From positions 26,953-90,952 of the forward strand of contig JAHDLC010000012.1 of assembly GCA_018436595.1 (NCBI GenBank): DNA of 64,000 nucleotides, given 5' to 3'. The DNA is from Synergistaceae bacterium. Its GTDB lineage: Bacteria; Synergistota; Synergistia; Synergistales; Aminobacteriaceae. The notes beneath the pieces were generated by a model, which ran no database searches, had not been told where the DNA came from, and saw only the letters and a list, made by a program, of their open reading frames with translations. Shown here piece by piece: positions 1 to 10,248 of the stretch. Position 1 is the first letter of the stretch. Every line of letters starts with the position of its first letter. Both the position numbers and the translations under genes were made by a program.

Positions 1-887
1 AGTCCTTCGCGGCGGCGGTGGTGGCCACGGGAGGCACTGTGGGCATCGTCATCCCCCCGAGCGTCACCATGGTGGTCTACGGCGTCATCGCCGGAACGTC
101 CATAGGAGACCTCTTCATGGGCGGCTTCGCTCCCGGCATCCTCATGGGAGGGGCCACCTGCCTCGTGAGCTGGTTCATTGCCAGGAAAAAGGGATACAAA
201 GGTGAAGGAAAGGCGAGCTTCGCCCGGATCGCCAGGACCTTCAGGGACTGCATCTGGGCCCTCCTCATGCCGGTGATCATCCTGGGCGGCATCTACGGAG
301 GCATCTTCACCCCAACGGAAGCATCGGCAGTCGCAGCCGTGTACGGGGCTTTCATCGGGCTGTTTGTCTACAGAGACCTCAAGTGGAAGGATATTCCCAA
401 GGTGCTCCTGGGAGCTGCAACCAGCACAACCATGATCATGTACGTGGTGGGTGCGGCCAACCTCTTCGGCTGGATCCTCACCAACGCCCAGGTTCCCCAC
501 AAGATCGCGGCCGGCTTCATCGCCCTGACGGACAGCCCGTTCATCTTCCTGATGCTGGTGAACGTACTGCTCCTCTTCATCGGTACGCTGCTCAACGCCT
601 CGGCGGCGGTGGTCATCCTGACGCCCATCCTGCTCCCGGTGGTTCTGCAGCTCGGCATCGACCCCGTCTTCTTCGGGGTGCTCATGGTGGTGAACCTCGC
701 CATCGGGTGCATCACGCCCCCGGTGGGACTGGACCTCTTCGTGGTGTCCAGCATCACCAAGATTTCCATCGACAAGATAATGAGGGACATCACACCCTAC
801 CTCATCGCCCTTCTTGTCGTTCTTTTCGTTCTCACATGGCTCCCCGACATCATCCTCTTCCTGCCGAGGCTTCTCGGGGGAGCATAG
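1..887 (+). CDS. dctM: TRAP transporter large permease (5' truncated by window edge)
   Basis: Open frame from the window start; GTVGIVIPPS, GGIYGGIFTPTEAS and GCITPPVG motifs; multiple TM helices. Confidence 0.9.
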   Translation, partial: SFAAAVVATGGTVGIVIPPSVTMVVYGVIAGTSIGDLFMGGFAPGILMGGATCLVSWFIARKKGYKGEGKASFARIARTFRDCIWALLMPVIILGGIYGGIFTPTEASAVAAVYGAFIGLFVYRDLKWKDIPKVLLGAATSTTMIMYVVGAANLFGWILTNAQVPHKIAAGFIALTDSPFIFLMLVNVLLLFIGTLLNASAAVVILTPILLPVVLQLGIDPVFFGVLMVVNLAIGCITPPVGLDLFVVSSITKISIDKIMRDITPYLIALLVVLFVLTWLPDIILFLPRLLGGA

Positions 888-892
888 CGTTG

Positions 893-924
893 AAAAACCG
901 CCCGGTCCGCCGGGCGGTTTTTTT
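893..924 (+). terminator. Intrinsic terminator after dctM
   Basis: AAAAACCGCCCGG-TCCG-CCGGGCGGTTTTTTT hairpin with T-tract. Confidence 0.85.
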
Positions 925-939
925 CCAAGGAGGTCCGGG

Positions 940-1671
940 ATGAACGGTACTATTGAAAAACTTGCGCACGCACTTCTGAATTCCTCCTCCACGGTGGTTT
1001 TCACCGGTGCGGGAATGAGCACCGAGTCCGGCCTGCCCGATTTCCGCTCGCCGGGAGGATTGTGGGGAAAGTACCGGCCCGAGGACCTGGCGTCCACTGA
1101 CGCCCTGAACAGGAACTTCGAGCAGTTCGCCGCCTTTTACAGGCAGCGCATGGAAACCCTCGGCGAAGTGCGGCCGAACAGCGGGCACCTCACCCTGGCC
1201 GAATGGGAACGGAAGGGGCTGGTGTCGGCTATCGTCACCCAGAACGTGGACGGCCTCCACCAGGCGGCAGGATCAAAAGCCGTGCACGAGCTCCACGGAA
1301 CGCTCCGTATGGTCCGGTGCCAGTCCTGCGGCAGAGAGTTCCCTGCGGAGCTGTTTTCCTCGGAAACGGCCTGCGGACAGTGCGGCGGGAAACTCCGCCC
1401 CGCGGTGGTGCTCTTCGGCGAAATGCTCCCCGAGAGAACTCTGGCCGAAGCCACGGACCTCGCTTCCTCCTGTTCGCTCTTTCTCGTCCTCGGCTCTTCC
1501 CTTGCAGTCTCCCCCGCCAACCTTCTTCCCGAAAGGGCAAAACGGCACGGGGCATGGCTCTTTATCGTGAACAACACCCCCACCCATCTGGATTTCATCG
1601 CCGACGGCGTTATCCGGAATTCCATCGGCGACGTTCTGGCAAGGACCGACGACATTGTTTCGAAAGGATAA
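940..1671 (+). CDS. cobB: NAD-dependent protein deacylase (sirtuin)
   Basis: GAGMSTESGLPDFR, TQNVDGLH, HG, two CxxC Zn pairs, GSSL; AGGAGG before ATG 940 (start moved from ORF track). Confidence 0.92.
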   Translation: MNGTIEKLAHALLNSSSTVVFTGAGMSTESGLPDFRSPGGLWGKYRPEDLASTDALNRNFEQFAAFYRQRMETLGEVRPNSGHLTLAEWERKGLVSAIVTQNVDGLHQAAGSKAVHELHGTLRMVRCQSCGREFPAELFSSETACGQCGGKLRPAVVLFGEMLPERTLAEATDLASSCSLFLVLGSSLAVSPANLLPERAKRHGAWLFIVNNTPTHLDFIADGVIRNSIGDVLARTDDIVSKG

Positions 1672-1878
1672 CAGGTTCTCTTCATTCCTTGTTTGATCAA
1701 AAAACACCCCTCATATGCATCCAGTTGACTTTTCCAATAATGTCATAGACAATCTATGTGCGTCATCACAATTCCACCATCCGATGAAGGGGGGGATTAT
1801 TCCGCTCCCGTACCTGTATTGAAGCTTTTCCGACGAGAGTCTGCACAAACACAGGCATTTCACAAGATCTAAGGAGGG

Positions 1879-3234
1879 ATGAGCATGTTCAGGAAACTCG
1901 GTCAGTCAATGGCAGCATGGTCCTTCAAGTATATCCCCGACCCAAGCATCTTCGCGGTTCTTCTGACGTTCATCGCGTTCGGCCTCGGTATGGCCCTTAC
2001 CCCAAGCGGCCCCATGGACATGGTTCTCCACTGGTACAAGGGTTTCTGGGAACTCCTTACCTTCAGCATGCAGATGGCCCTCATGGTCATCACCGCTTCA
2101 ACAGTGGCGAACGCCCCGGCGATCAAGAAGGGCATCTCCGCTCTCGCGTCCATCCCGAAAAACAGCAAGCAGGCTGTATACTTCGTCGCCCTGGTCTCCG
2201 TGGCGGTCTCCATCGTCCACTGGGGCCTCAGCCTCGTTCTCGGCGCCCTTCTCGCCCGGGAAGTCGGAAAATCCCTGAAGAAAAGAAACATGGCCTTTGA
2301 ATATGGTCTCATCGGCGCCGCCGCCTACCTGGGGCAGATGACCTGGCACGGCGGCATGTCGGCGTCCGTCGGCCTTCTCATCGCCACCCCCGGGCACTTC
2401 CTCGAGAAGCAGATCGGCATAATCCCCATCGCGGACTACATGTTCAACCCCATGAACATCGCCGTCACCATCGGTGTTTTGGTCTTCCCGCCCCTCTTCG
2501 CGTGGATGATCCACCCGAAGGACGACGAGATCAAGCTCCTCGAGCCCGACGTAGCTGAATACCTTGACAGGACCGACGAAGGAGCCCATCGGGCCCGCTC
2601 CGTGGTCACCGTGGGCGACAGGATGAACAACAGCAAAATCATCGCCCTGCTCCTCGCCGCCCTCGGCTTCACGTACATCTATTACCACTTCTCCACCAAG
2701 GGCTTCAGCCTGGACCTCAACATCGTGAACGCCATCTTCTTCTTCGCCGGCATCGCCCTTCACGGCACCATGGCCGATTACGTCCAGGCGGTGAAGGACG
2801 CCACGCCGGGCGTGAGCGGCGTCATCTTCCAGTTCCCCCTCTATGCGGGCATCATGGGCATGGTCCGCTACTCCGGACTGGTGGACGTGTTCTCTGCGGC
2901 CATCGTCTCCATCAGCACGCTGAACACCTTCTATCTCTGGACCTTCATCAGCTCCAGCATCGTCAACCTCTTTGTCCCCAGCGGCGGCGGCCAGTGGGCC
3001 GTCCAGGGCCCCATCGCCATGAAATCAGCGGAAATGATGGGCGCCAGCTACATCAAGTCGGCCCTCGCCGTGGCGTACGGCAATACCTGGACGAACATGC
3101 TGCAGCCCTTCTGGGCCATAGCGCTTCTCGGCATCACGGGACTGAAGGCCCGGGACGTGATCGGCTACGCCACCGCCGTGATGATCCTGAGCTTCGTCGT
3201 CTTCGCGATTCCTCTCCTGTTCCTTCCGGTGTAG
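1879..3234 (+). CDS. atoE: Short-chain fatty acid transporter, AtoE family
   Basis: N-terminal IPDPSIFAVLLT, WELLTFSMQM, FVPSGGGQWAVQGP, NMLQPFWAI motifs; AAGGAGG RBS. Confidence 0.85.
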   Translation: MSMFRKLGQSMAAWSFKYIPDPSIFAVLLTFIAFGLGMALTPSGPMDMVLHWYKGFWELLTFSMQMALMVITASTVANAPAIKKGISALASIPKNSKQAVYFVALVSVAVSIVHWGLSLVLGALLAREVGKSLKKRNMAFEYGLIGAAAYLGQMTWHGGMSASVGLLIATPGHFLEKQIGIIPIADYMFNPMNIAVTIGVLVFPPLFAWMIHPKDDEIKLLEPDVAEYLDRTDEGAHRARSVVTVGDRMNNSKIIALLLAALGFTYIYYHFSTKGFSLDLNIVNAIFFFAGIALHGTMADYVQAVKDATPGVSGVIFQFPLYAGIMGMVRYSGLVDVFSAAIVSISTLNTFYLWTFISSSIVNLFVPSGGGQWAVQGPIAMKSAEMMGASYIKSALAVAYGNTWTNMLQPFWAIALLGITGLKARDVIGYATAVMILSFVVFAIPLLFLPV

Positions 3235-3284
3235 GATAAAGGACGGAGCCGACAGCCTCACCGGAATATTCTGAACGAAAGGAA

Positions 3285-4778
3285 GTGGAACGATTGTCCG
3301 AAAAGGGTTTTCGCGTGGAAGAAGCGACCGTGCGGCAGATCCATGAGGCCATGAAGCGCGGCGAGACATCCTGCAGGGCCATCACGGAAGAGTATATCCG
3401 CCGCATTGAAGCCTACGACAGGAAAGGGCCTTCCCTCCACGCCGTCATCCTGGTCAACCCAAAGGCGCTGGAGGAAGCGGACGAGCTCGACCGGATCTTC
3501 CGGGAAAAGGGCCCCGTGGGACCCCTTCACGGCATTCCCGTGCTGCTCAAGGATAACGTGGAGACGGCGGACATGGTGACCACCAGCGGTTCCCTCTCGC
3601 TTGAACACTACCTTCCCGACGACGACGCCTTCATCACGAGGAAGTTCCGGGAGGCGGGAGCCCTCATTCTCGCCAAGGCGAACATGCACGAGTTCGCCGT
3701 GTGGGGTGAGAGCGTGAGTTCCATCCTCGGGCAGGTGATCAACCCCTACGACCTCACCCGGACGCCGGGTGGCTCGAGCGGCGGCACCGGCGCCGGCATG
3801 GCGGCCAATTTCGCAGCCGTGGGCATCGGCACCGACACCATCAACTCCATACGGTCCCCGTCCTCGGCCTGCAGCTGCGTGGGCATCCGGCCCACCATCG
3901 GCCTCGTGAGCCGGGACGGCATCTCCCCCTACTCGCTGGACCAGGACACGGCGGGCCCCATCTGCCGCACCGTGGAGGACGCCGTCCGGGTGCTCGACGT
4001 CATCGCCGGGTATGATCCGGCGGACCCGGAGACGGCATGGGCCGTTGGGAACGCCCCCGAAAGCTACATGGACTATCTCTGCCCGGACGGGCTGAAGGGA
4101 AAGCGCATCGGCGTCCTCCGGAGCCTCTTCGGAGACAAGCCGGAGCACGAGGACGTGAACGCCGCCATGAAGCGGAGCCTCGACGCCATGAAGGAGGGCG
4201 GGGCCGAGCTTGTGGAGGTATCCGAGCCCATAGACACCAACTACCTGGCGTCGAAGGTGAGCGTCCATCTTCACACCCTCAAGGACGACCTCGAGGGGTA
4301 CCTGAAGAGTCTCGGCGACAAGTGCGAGTACCACACGGTGGAGGCCCTCATCGACTCCGGCAAGATCCACCCCGGCATCGTGGAGAACATGAAGACCGCT
4401 GCGGGACTGAGCAAGGACAGCGACGAATACCGGTCCCGGACACTGAAGCGCCTCGCCCTGAAGACCCAGGTGATGAAGCTCATGGCGGACCTGAAGCTGG
4501 ATGCCCTCGTCTATCCCCACCAGAAGCGGCTCGCCGTACCCGTGGGCGAATCCCAGGTGGAGCGCAACGGAGTCCTCGGCTCAGCCACGGGCTTTCCGTC
4601 CATCGCCGTGCCGGCGGGATTCTCCAGGCCCACGGAGTCGGCTCCCGAAGGAGTCCCCATCGGGCTGGAAATCCTGGGGCGCCCCTGGAGCGAAGGAATC
4701 CTCATCTCCATGGCCTACGCTTTCGAACAGCGTACCGGTTTCCGGAAACCGCCCTTCAGCACTCCACCGCTTTCCTGA
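3285..4778 (+). CDS. Amidase-signature family amidase
   Basis: LHGIPVLLKDN, GGSSGGTG and GTDTINSIRSPS (Lys-cisSer-Ser triad motifs). Confidence 0.88.
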   Translation: MERLSEKGFRVEEATVRQIHEAMKRGETSCRAITEEYIRRIEAYDRKGPSLHAVILVNPKALEEADELDRIFREKGPVGPLHGIPVLLKDNVETADMVTTSGSLSLEHYLPDDDAFITRKFREAGALILAKANMHEFAVWGESVSSILGQVINPYDLTRTPGGSSGGTGAGMAANFAAVGIGTDTINSIRSPSSACSCVGIRPTIGLVSRDGISPYSLDQDTAGPICRTVEDAVRVLDVIAGYDPADPETAWAVGNAPESYMDYLCPDGLKGKRIGVLRSLFGDKPEHEDVNAAMKRSLDAMKEGGAELVEVSEPIDTNYLASKVSVHLHTLKDDLEGYLKSLGDKCEYHTVEALIDSGKIHPGIVENMKTAAGLSKDSDEYRSRTLKRLALKTQVMKLMADLKLDALVYPHQKRLAVPVGESQVERNGVLGSATGFPSIAVPAGFSRPTESAPEGVPIGLEILGRPWSEGILISMAYAFEQRTGFRKPPFSTPPLS

Positions 4779-4798
4779 GGTACAATAGGGGACGGACC

Positions 4799-4835
4799 GG
4801 GGGGAGACCTTAAGGTCTCCCCCCTTTCACTTTTT
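4799..4835 (+). terminator. Intrinsic terminator after amidase
   Basis: GGGGGGAGACC-TTAA-GGTCTCCCCCC followed by TTTCACTTTTT. Confidence 0.75.
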
Positions 4836-4884
4836 CAGGCGGCCGCGGCCGGATGCGGCTCCCCGCCTGCAGGGAGGGAATCGG

Positions 4885-5970
4885 ATGAAAACCTATGCCA
4901 TAGGGCTCGTACCGGGCCCCGTTTCGGTGCCTGAGGAATTCCGGAGAGCCTATCTCGAGAATTACGGCAGCGCCGACCTCGAGGAGGATTTTTTTCTCCT
5001 CTGTGAAGAGACCGAAGGCCTGCTTCGGCAGCTCCTGAAGACTCAAAATCCGGTAACCGTCCAGAGCGGCGAGGCCATGTCCGTTCTCTGGGGGGCCCTG
5101 AAAAGCTGCCTCCTGCCTGGAGACAGGCTGCTGGCCGTATCCAACGGCGTCTTCGGGCGGGGGTTCGGCGAAATGGGGCAGGCCCTCGGAATGGAGGTCC
5201 GTATCGTGGAGGCTCCCGACGGTGACTTTCCCGATCCGGAGGTCATCAGGAGGGAAGCCCTGGCCTTCCGGCCCCGTATGATCACCGCCGTCCACTGCGA
5301 AACGCCCGGAGGCCTGCTGAACCCCGTCGCTCCCCTGGGCGGGATCGCGGAAGAGGCGGGGGCCCTTCTCTGCGTGGACTGCGTGGCCAGTGCCGGAGGC
5401 GCCGATGTGCGCACCGACGGGTGGGGCATCGACATCGGCCTCCTCGGGAGCCAGAAAGTCCTTTCCCTTCTTCCCGACCTCTCCATGGCGGCGGTGAGCC
5501 CGAAAGCCTGGAAGGCCATGGAGCGGGTGAACTACCAGGGATACGACGCCCTCCTCCCCTGGAGGGACGGCGTGAGGAACCGGTATCTTCCCTACACCTT
5601 CAACTGGCAGGCCCTGAGCGCCCTCAGGCTCTCCCTGCTCAGGCTGCTCGGGGAGGGCCTGGAAGCCTCCTTCGAGCGCCATGAACGGACCGCCCGGTAC
5701 TGCAGGGAGCGGCTGGCGGCAATGGGCGTGTCCCTCTACCCGAAGCGGGAGGAACTCTGCTCCCCCACGGTAACCGCCGCCCTCGTGCCGGAAGGGTGGT
5801 CCTGGAAGATGCTGGACGGCGCCCTCAGAGAACGGGGAATGGCCGTGGGAGGCAGCTACGGCCCCCTGGCGGGAAAAGTGTTCCGCATAGGGCACATGGG
5901 ATCCCAGGCTGACATGGAGCTGGTGAAAAACGGCATGGATGTCCTGGAGGACATCCTCGGCGAAAAGTAA
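4885..5970 (+). CDS. PLP-dependent aminotransferase class V (alanine-glyoxylate/serine-pyruvate type)
   Basis: PGPVSVP, VHCETPGG, VDCVAS, GSQK (PLP lysine), FRIGHMG. Confidence 0.88.
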   Translation: MKTYAIGLVPGPVSVPEEFRRAYLENYGSADLEEDFFLLCEETEGLLRQLLKTQNPVTVQSGEAMSVLWGALKSCLLPGDRLLAVSNGVFGRGFGEMGQALGMEVRIVEAPDGDFPDPEVIRREALAFRPRMITAVHCETPGGLLNPVAPLGGIAEEAGALLCVDCVASAGGADVRTDGWGIDIGLLGSQKVLSLLPDLSMAAVSPKAWKAMERVNYQGYDALLPWRDGVRNRYLPYTFNWQALSALRLSLLRLLGEGLEASFERHERTARYCRERLAAMGVSLYPKREELCSPTVTAALVPEGWSWKMLDGALRERGMAVGGSYGPLAGKVFRIGHMGSQADMELVKNGMDVLEDILGEK

Positions 5971-6008
5971 AAATCGGGCGTTCCGGACGGAAAGAAAGGG
6001 GTACGGCC

Positions 6009-7610
6009 ATGAAAATCCTGCGGAAAAGCATCCTTGCGTTCCTGGCGGTCCTGGTTCTCGCGGCGGCGGCCTTCGCTTCCGGCGGCAGGGTCACCCTGCT
6101 GTCGCTGAACGACATCCACGGCCATATCTACCCCGAGGACGGCAAAGGCGGCCTCGCCAAGGCCGCCACGGTGATCGAAGCGATCCGGGGGGAAAACCCC
6201 GGCAACACCTTCCTTTTTGAAATCGGAGACGTGAACGAAGGACCCCTCTTTTTCTACTTCCACGGCCATGCCGAGATGAGGGGGCTCTCCCTGCTCGGCA
6301 CCGACGGGGGCACCCTCGGCAACCACGAGTTCGACCTCGGCGAGGACGTGCTGTTCGAAACGGTGTCCCGAGCCCGGTTCCCCATTGTGGTTTCCAACCT
6401 GAGGTACAGGGACGGCCGCCCGGCCCCCTTCCCCACCCACGGCATAAAAAAGACCGCCGACGGCCTGACCCTGGGCTTTTTCGGCCTCGTTACCCCCGAG
6501 CTGGGTGCCATGACCTCGGGAAGGGGCAATTTCCGCGCCGGGCAGGACCTCCCCTCCGAGGCGGAACGGATGGTGAATCTCCTCCGCCGTGAGGGGTGCG
6601 ACGCAATAGTGCTCCTGAGCCACTGCGGCCTTGACGTGGACCGGATGATCGCCAGGTCCGTGGCGGGTATTTCCGCCATCCTCGGGGGGCACAGCCACAC
6701 CCTCATGGAGCGGGAAGAATTCGTGGAGGGCCCCGGCGGCTGGGTCACCGTCATAGGCCAGGCAGGATCCTATGCCAGATACCTTGGGAGGATGGACCTT
6801 GTCCTTTCGGAAGGCATGGCGGACAGGGAGGGAACATCATGGCGGGCGATTCCTCTGGAGAAGGACATCCCCGAGGATCCCCGGGTCGCCCTGCTGATCG
6901 AGCCCTTCCGGGAGCGGCTGAAGGAGAAGCTGGACATCCCCCTCGCCCCCCAGCCCGAAGACTTCGACGCCCGGAGGGAGACCCTGCGGACAGGGGAAGC
7001 CCCCCTGGGGAATTTCCTTGCCGACGCCTTCCGGTGGAAGGCCGGAGCCGACGTGGCCTTTATCGCCGGGGGCAGCATCCGGGGGGACCGGATCTACCCG
7101 GCAGGATCGGCCACCTACGCCACCCTCACGAACATGATGCCCTTCGGCGGTTCCCTGTGGAAGGGGTCCCTCTCCGGCAGCGACCTGCTCCTGGTGCTTG
7201 AAACGTCCGCTTCGGGCTACGCCCTGGGAGAAGAGAATTACGACGCGGCCATGAGGGTTCCCACCGGGGGCTTCCTCCAGGTCTCGGGGCTGAGGTTCTC
7301 CATCGACCCGGGAAGGCAGCCCCTGCTCATCGACAACAACGGAATCGTCCGCACCCGGGGGTCCAGACTCGTGAAGGCAGAGGTGCGGCAGCCCGACGGC
7401 TCGTGGGCTCCCGTGGACCCGAAACGAATCTACACCGTGGCCACCACCGACTGGACGGCGGGGGGCGGTGACAAGCACTACATCCTGAAGAAAAACGGCT
7501 CCGCCTTCTCCTCCATGGAACAGATGTACCTCGAGGCGGCGGCGGACTACATCCGTTTTCTGAAAGAAATGGGCGGGAAAGCGGAAGGCAGAATCACCAT
7601 TCTTCGATGA
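6009..7610 (+). CDS. Secreted bifunctional metallophosphatase/5'-nucleotidase
   Basis: Signal peptide; NDIHG, GD, GNHEFD, SHCG, GGHSH metallophosphoesterase motifs; C-terminal nucleotidase domain. Confidence 0.9.
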   Translation: MKILRKSILAFLAVLVLAAAAFASGGRVTLLSLNDIHGHIYPEDGKGGLAKAATVIEAIRGENPGNTFLFEIGDVNEGPLFFYFHGHAEMRGLSLLGTDGGTLGNHEFDLGEDVLFETVSRARFPIVVSNLRYRDGRPAPFPTHGIKKTADGLTLGFFGLVTPELGAMTSGRGNFRAGQDLPSEAERMVNLLRREGCDAIVLLSHCGLDVDRMIARSVAGISAILGGHSHTLMEREEFVEGPGGWVTVIGQAGSYARYLGRMDLVLSEGMADREGTSWRAIPLEKDIPEDPRVALLIEPFRERLKEKLDIPLAPQPEDFDARRETLRTGEAPLGNFLADAFRWKAGADVAFIAGGSIRGDRIYPAGSATYATLTNMMPFGGSLWKGSLSGSDLLLVLETSASGYALGEENYDAAMRVPTGGFLQVSGLRFSIDPGRQPLLIDNNGIVRTRGSRLVKAEVRQPDGSWAPVDPKRIYTVATTDWTAGGGDKHYILKKNGSAFSSMEQMYLEAAADYIRFLKEMGGKAEGRITILR

Positions 7611-7624
7611 CGGGGGTGAATTTA

Positions 7625-8710
7625 ATGGAAAGAACGACGGTCGGATACGAAAAACTCAGAAACTACGTGGCGGATATGCTGGAGAAGGGTCTCGGCTATT
7701 CCAGGGAGACGGCGGAGACAGGAGCCTGGGTCCTCGTGGAGGCCGACGCCCGTGGACATGCGTCCCACGGTACGGCCCGGGTCGAACTGTATCATAATCT
7801 TATCGCCAAAGGAAAGGCCGACCCTCACGGGAAGCCGGAAATCGTGCATGAAACACCCGTTTCGCTGGTCCTGAGCGGCAACAACGGCTCCGGGTTCTCC
7901 GCGGCGAAAATGGCCATGGAGAGGACCATCGAAAAGGCCCGGCAGAGCGGCACCTGCATGACCACCGTCAGGGATTCCGGCCACTTCGGCATGGCAGGAG
8001 TCTGGGCTGAGATGGCCGCCGATGCGGGTATGATGGGGGTTGCCCTCACCAACACCATCCGGGCGGCCATTCCGCTCTTCGGCCGGGAGCGCCTGCTGGG
8101 GACCAACCCCATCTGCGTGGCCATTCCCCGGGGGAAAAAGCCCCACTTCATGCTCGACATGGCAACCACCACGGTGGCCATGGGAAAGGTGGAAGTGGCG
8201 GCCCGTCGGGGCGGAACCATGCCCGAGGGGTGGTTCGTGGACGAAAACGGAAAAGACCTGTGCGACGCAGAGAGAGCCCTTGAGATCGCGCGCCTTGGAG
8301 CGAGCCCCTACGGGGGAATCGTCTTTCTCGGCGGGAGCGGCGAGACCCTGGGAGGACACAAGGGGTACGGACTCGGGCTTCTCGTGGAACTGCTCACCGC
8401 CGGCATCTCTCTCGGCGCCCCAACCTTCGACGCCTATTCCGAACGGTGCGGCATCTGCCACTACTTCCAGGCCACCAGCCTGGACCTCTTCGGCGACGGT
8501 ACGGCCATCCAGGAACACGTGGAGTACATCCTCGAAAAGCTCAGAAGCAGCCCGAAGGCCGAAGGGCACGAGAGAATCTACATTCACGGGGAAAAGGAAT
8601 ACGAACGGCGGCTGAAGTCCCTGGAAGAGGGGGTGTATCTCGACCCCGCCACGTGGAAGAAGCTGGACGGCTACGCGGATCTCTTCGGGATGCCCCGCCT
8701 GGAACCCTGA
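7625..8710 (+). CDS. Ldh_2-family (AllD/ComC/YiaK-like) NAD(P)-dependent oxidoreductase, paralog 1
   Basis: ADARGHASHG, HFGMAG, GTNPI, LDMATT, GGHKGYGL, PG/GEKE-type C-terminus. Confidence 0.88.
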   Translation: MERTTVGYEKLRNYVADMLEKGLGYSRETAETGAWVLVEADARGHASHGTARVELYHNLIAKGKADPHGKPEIVHETPVSLVLSGNNGSGFSAAKMAMERTIEKARQSGTCMTTVRDSGHFGMAGVWAEMAADAGMMGVALTNTIRAAIPLFGRERLLGTNPICVAIPRGKKPHFMLDMATTTVAMGKVEVAARRGGTMPEGWFVDENGKDLCDAERALEIARLGASPYGGIVFLGGSGETLGGHKGYGLGLLVELLTAGISLGAPTFDAYSERCGICHYFQATSLDLFGDGTAIQEHVEYILEKLRSSPKAEGHERIYIHGEKEYERRLKSLEEGVYLDPATWKKLDGYADLFGMPRLEP

Positions 8711-8727
8711 AAGGGAGGCGGGGGGTA

Positions 8728-10206
8728 ATGGACGTCTATCTCGGTCTGGACATCGGCACCACCAATATCAAGATGATCCTGGCCGACGGGGAGGGGAAGG
8801 TGATCGAAAGCCGCTCCCACCCCCTCGGAATTTCCGCCCCCGGGCACGGCTGGGCCGAACAGGATCCGGAGGACTGGTGGACGGGAGTGACGGAGCTGCT
8901 CTCGTCCGTGCCCGGGAAGGTCCGGGTGGCGGGGATCGGCCTTTCCGGGCAGATGCACACTCTCGTGCCGGTGGACCGGGAGGGAAGGGTGCTGCGGAAG
9001 GCGATCCTCTGGTGCGACCAGCGCACCGCGGCCGAATGCGCCGAGGCCGAGGCTCTTCTCGGCGGGGAATCCCGGGTGGTGGAAATGACGGGAAACCTCA
9101 TCTATCCCGGCTTTACCCTGCCCAAAATTCTCTGGATCAGGAAGCACGAGCCGGAGATCTACCGAAAGATAGCCACCTGCTACATCGCCAAGGACTACAT
9201 CGGATGGCGCCTCACGGGCGAACGGGCCACGGAGTGGTCCGACGCCTCGGGAAGCGCCTGCTGGGACGTTTCGGCCCGGAAATGGCGGAGCGATCTCCTC
9301 TCCGCCCTGGGCGTGGACGAGGGATGGCTCCCCCCCGTGAAGGGGTCTGCGGAAATCCGGGGAATCCTCAGGCCCGAACTGACACGGCGGTTCGGCTGGG
9401 GAGAAACGAAGGTGATCTGCGGCGGGGCGGACAACGCCGTTTCCGCCTTCGGTCTCGGGGTGGCCTCTCCCGGAGACTGCATGATCTCCATCGGCACCTC
9501 GGGTACGGTCCTCGCAATTACCGGGTCAACGGCTCCCGATCCGACCGGGCGGCTCCATTTCTTCAATTCCGTCCTTCCCGGCCAGTCCTACTACATGGGG
9601 TGCATGCTCGCCGCGGCCGCCTCACTGAACTGGTTCCGGGACGTCGCCGGCAGGGACCTCACGTGGGACGACATCGGGAAGGCCGTCGAAGAGACACCCC
9701 CCGGGGCGGGGGGCATGCTCTGGCTTCCCTACCTCAACGGCGAGCGCACCCCCCACAGAAACCCCAACGCCAGGGGGGTGCTCTACGGCCTGTCCTCCGT
9801 GAGCGACAGGCGTCATGTCTTCCGGGCGGTCATGGAGGGAATCAGCTACGGACTGCGGGATTCCTTCGAGCTCGTCCGGGCGGCCACTCCCGTAAAGCGG
9901 GTCATCATGGCGGGAGGAGGGGCAAAAAGCGCCGTCTGGCGAAAAATGACCGCTTCCGTGATGGGGTTTCCCGTCTCCATACCCGAGACGGAGGAAGGAG
10001 GGGCCTACGGTGCGGCCATGCTTGCCGCCCTCGGCGGCGGCCTTTCCCCGGACGATGTGAGGAGATGGACCCGGATCCTGGAAACTGTGGAACCGGACGA
10101 CGCGGAAAAGAAAACATACGACAGGGGATATCTGCAGTTCCAGGCCCTGTACCGGGACCTCAGGGAGCGGTTCGACGCCACGGCACACAACACGGGCGAA
10201 CAGTAA
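8728..10206 (+). CDS. xylB: Xylulokinase (FGGY family)
   Basis: LGLDIGTT, SGQMH, WCDQRT, GADNA, SIGTSG, PYLNGERTPH, GGGAKS; GGGAGG RBS before ATG 8728. Confidence 0.85.
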   Translation: MDVYLGLDIGTTNIKMILADGEGKVIESRSHPLGISAPGHGWAEQDPEDWWTGVTELLSSVPGKVRVAGIGLSGQMHTLVPVDREGRVLRKAILWCDQRTAAECAEAEALLGGESRVVEMTGNLIYPGFTLPKILWIRKHEPEIYRKIATCYIAKDYIGWRLTGERATEWSDASGSACWDVSARKWRSDLLSALGVDEGWLPPVKGSAEIRGILRPELTRRFGWGETKVICGGADNAVSAFGLGVASPGDCMISIGTSGTVLAITGSTAPDPTGRLHFFNSVLPGQSYYMGCMLAAAASLNWFRDVAGRDLTWDDIGKAVEETPPGAGGMLWLPYLNGERTPHRNPNARGVLYGLSSVSDRRHVFRAVMEGISYGLRDSFELVRAATPVKRVIMAGGGAKSAVWRKMTASVMGFPVSIPETEEGGAYGAAMLAALGGGLSPDDVRRWTRILETVEPDDAEKKTYDRGYLQFQALYRDLRERFDATAHNTGEQ

Positions 10207-10208
10207 GA

Positions 10209-10244
10209 CAGGGGCGGACTGTGAGCCCGCCCCTGTTATTTTTT
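10209..10244. terminator. Terminator between convergent xylB and nadE
   Basis: CAGGGGCGGACT-GTG-AGCCCGCCCCTG then TTATTTTTT. Confidence 0.75.
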
Positions 10245-10248
10245 CCCG

